In this document: positions 62,883 through 64,000 of the stretch, piece after piece
How the letters are laid out: the number at the start of each line of letters is the position of its first letter
How positions within the stretch are numbered: position 1 is the first letter of the stretch
Assembly: GCF_964194025.1 (NCBI RefSeq)
Contig: NC_134470.1
Coordinates: forward strand, 3,844,001-3,908,000
Reading direction: 5' to 3'
Origin: Convolutriloba macropyga
Lineage: Eukaryota
Length of the DNA stretch: 64,000 bases
Position numbers and translations under genes: made by a program
Notes under the pieces: generated by a model
Told to the model about the DNA's origin: nothing
Databases searched by the model: none
Seen by the model: only the letters and a program-made list of their open reading frames with translations

Positions 62883-64000
62883 GTTAGAAATCTTGCGGAA
62901 TCCAAAGTCGTGCAGAGATATATATATATAGAGCACTTTGATGTGATAAGATGGGAAAGCAAATTTCGCATCATATGTCTCGCACATCAAAACTGCATTA
63001 GTTTTTTTCTGGGGCTCTTTCAGTTACTCGACTGAATTCACGTGATTATAGTTCTTCTACGACTCGATGGGTCTGGCCAAATTTTAATTGCTCTCGAAGG
63101 AAACGTAACTTAGTTATTGCAAACGTGAATCTTAAAAATGTTCGATTGACTGTTTGATAGCCGCACAGCGATAGCTGGGGCTATTATTGGCCTTCTCTTG
63201 GTTTTTAATAGCCGCCCTCATCTTCTCAGCCGGCTATTATTGCGCTCCTAGTTTTTTACAATTCAAAGAATTTGAATTGTATTGGGGCGCTGTCTTTTTA
63301 CGACTCGAAGAGGAGTATTGGAGAAGTCCTTTTTTACAATTCAAAGAATTTGAATTGTATTGGGGCGCTGTCTTTTTTACGACTCGAAGAGGAGTATTGG
63401 TTTTCTCTCGGTCTTTTTTTTTTACAGGAAGTACTATTTGTTCAGGCGGCGTTTTGACCTAATAGTGAAAGCGAGTAAAATTGCGGTGTGAACTAATTTT
63501 TTCTGAGCGAGAGAAGTTTTTTCTTCATGCGCTGCGTTCAGTGAATGACTTTTTGACTTTGAAAAGAGTTTTTGAGAGATCGACGCATATAGATGACAGT
63601 TTTTAGCCGTATTTTTCGTCCATTTGGCCTACTTTTTGAAATTGTAACTTGATTTTTTGTAGAAGTAAATTTTGTTCGATACCGCATAAAAATCCAACCA
63701 TCTGAAATCGATGCCACAATGTTTTTGAGAGCTTGATAATGCGTTTCAAGTGGAAAATTGGCCCATTTTTCTCAATTTTTTTTACCATTTTTGGTTTTTT
63801 TTTCGTTAATTGCTTCATTTTTGGCTTTTTATGCGGTTTTTATTTTACCAAATTAGTACATATGTCAATCTTTTTTTGATAATTCCTGAATTGGATGCCG
63901 CTTTGTGACGTGAGGTGTTTTTGTTTTATACAATTGTACACATACTAATCCAATTTTGGCGGTTTTTGTCAAAGTTTTCAAGTTTTTGTTTGTATTTTGA

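Overview
AT-rich, repeat-dense eukaryotic genomic DNA, probably an invertebrate animal (inferred from spliceosomal introns and the mix of CR1/L2-group LINEs, Ty3/Gypsy, BEL/Pao and Helentron-like elements). Positions 1-49.6 kb are almost entirely transposon-derived. The main pattern is that LINE coding fragments have been amplified into tandem arrays three separate times: (i) a young 443-bp x24 array built from a LINE ORF1 C-terminal half fused to a small ORF2 piece (1-10638); (ii) an old ~1.87-kb LINE-ORF2 tandem (~10.98-21.7 kb); (iii) a ~540-560-bp satellite of about 20 monomers built from the Cys-rich ORF2 C-terminal tail (37.5-49.1 kb), with higher-order structure and a related LINE 3' fragment inserted into it. 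An old short-LTR Ty3/Gypsy element (12171-19043, TSD CTGTT) interrupts array (ii). It carries a degenerate SGNH/GDSL-hydrolase-like ORF and twin stem-loops between its 5' LTR and gag, and its gag is split by a BEL/Pao-like element (13074-15674, TSD GCTTC). A near full-length dead LINE lies at ~23.1-27.8 kb (-). Two host genes lie on the + strand: RPL23 (2 exons) and, 580 bp downstream, a GCK-III STE20 kinase (STK24/25/26-like; 7 exons visible, continuing past the window) whose introns hold Helentron-like elements. There are three assembly gaps. All calls come from reading and hand translation; no database search was run.
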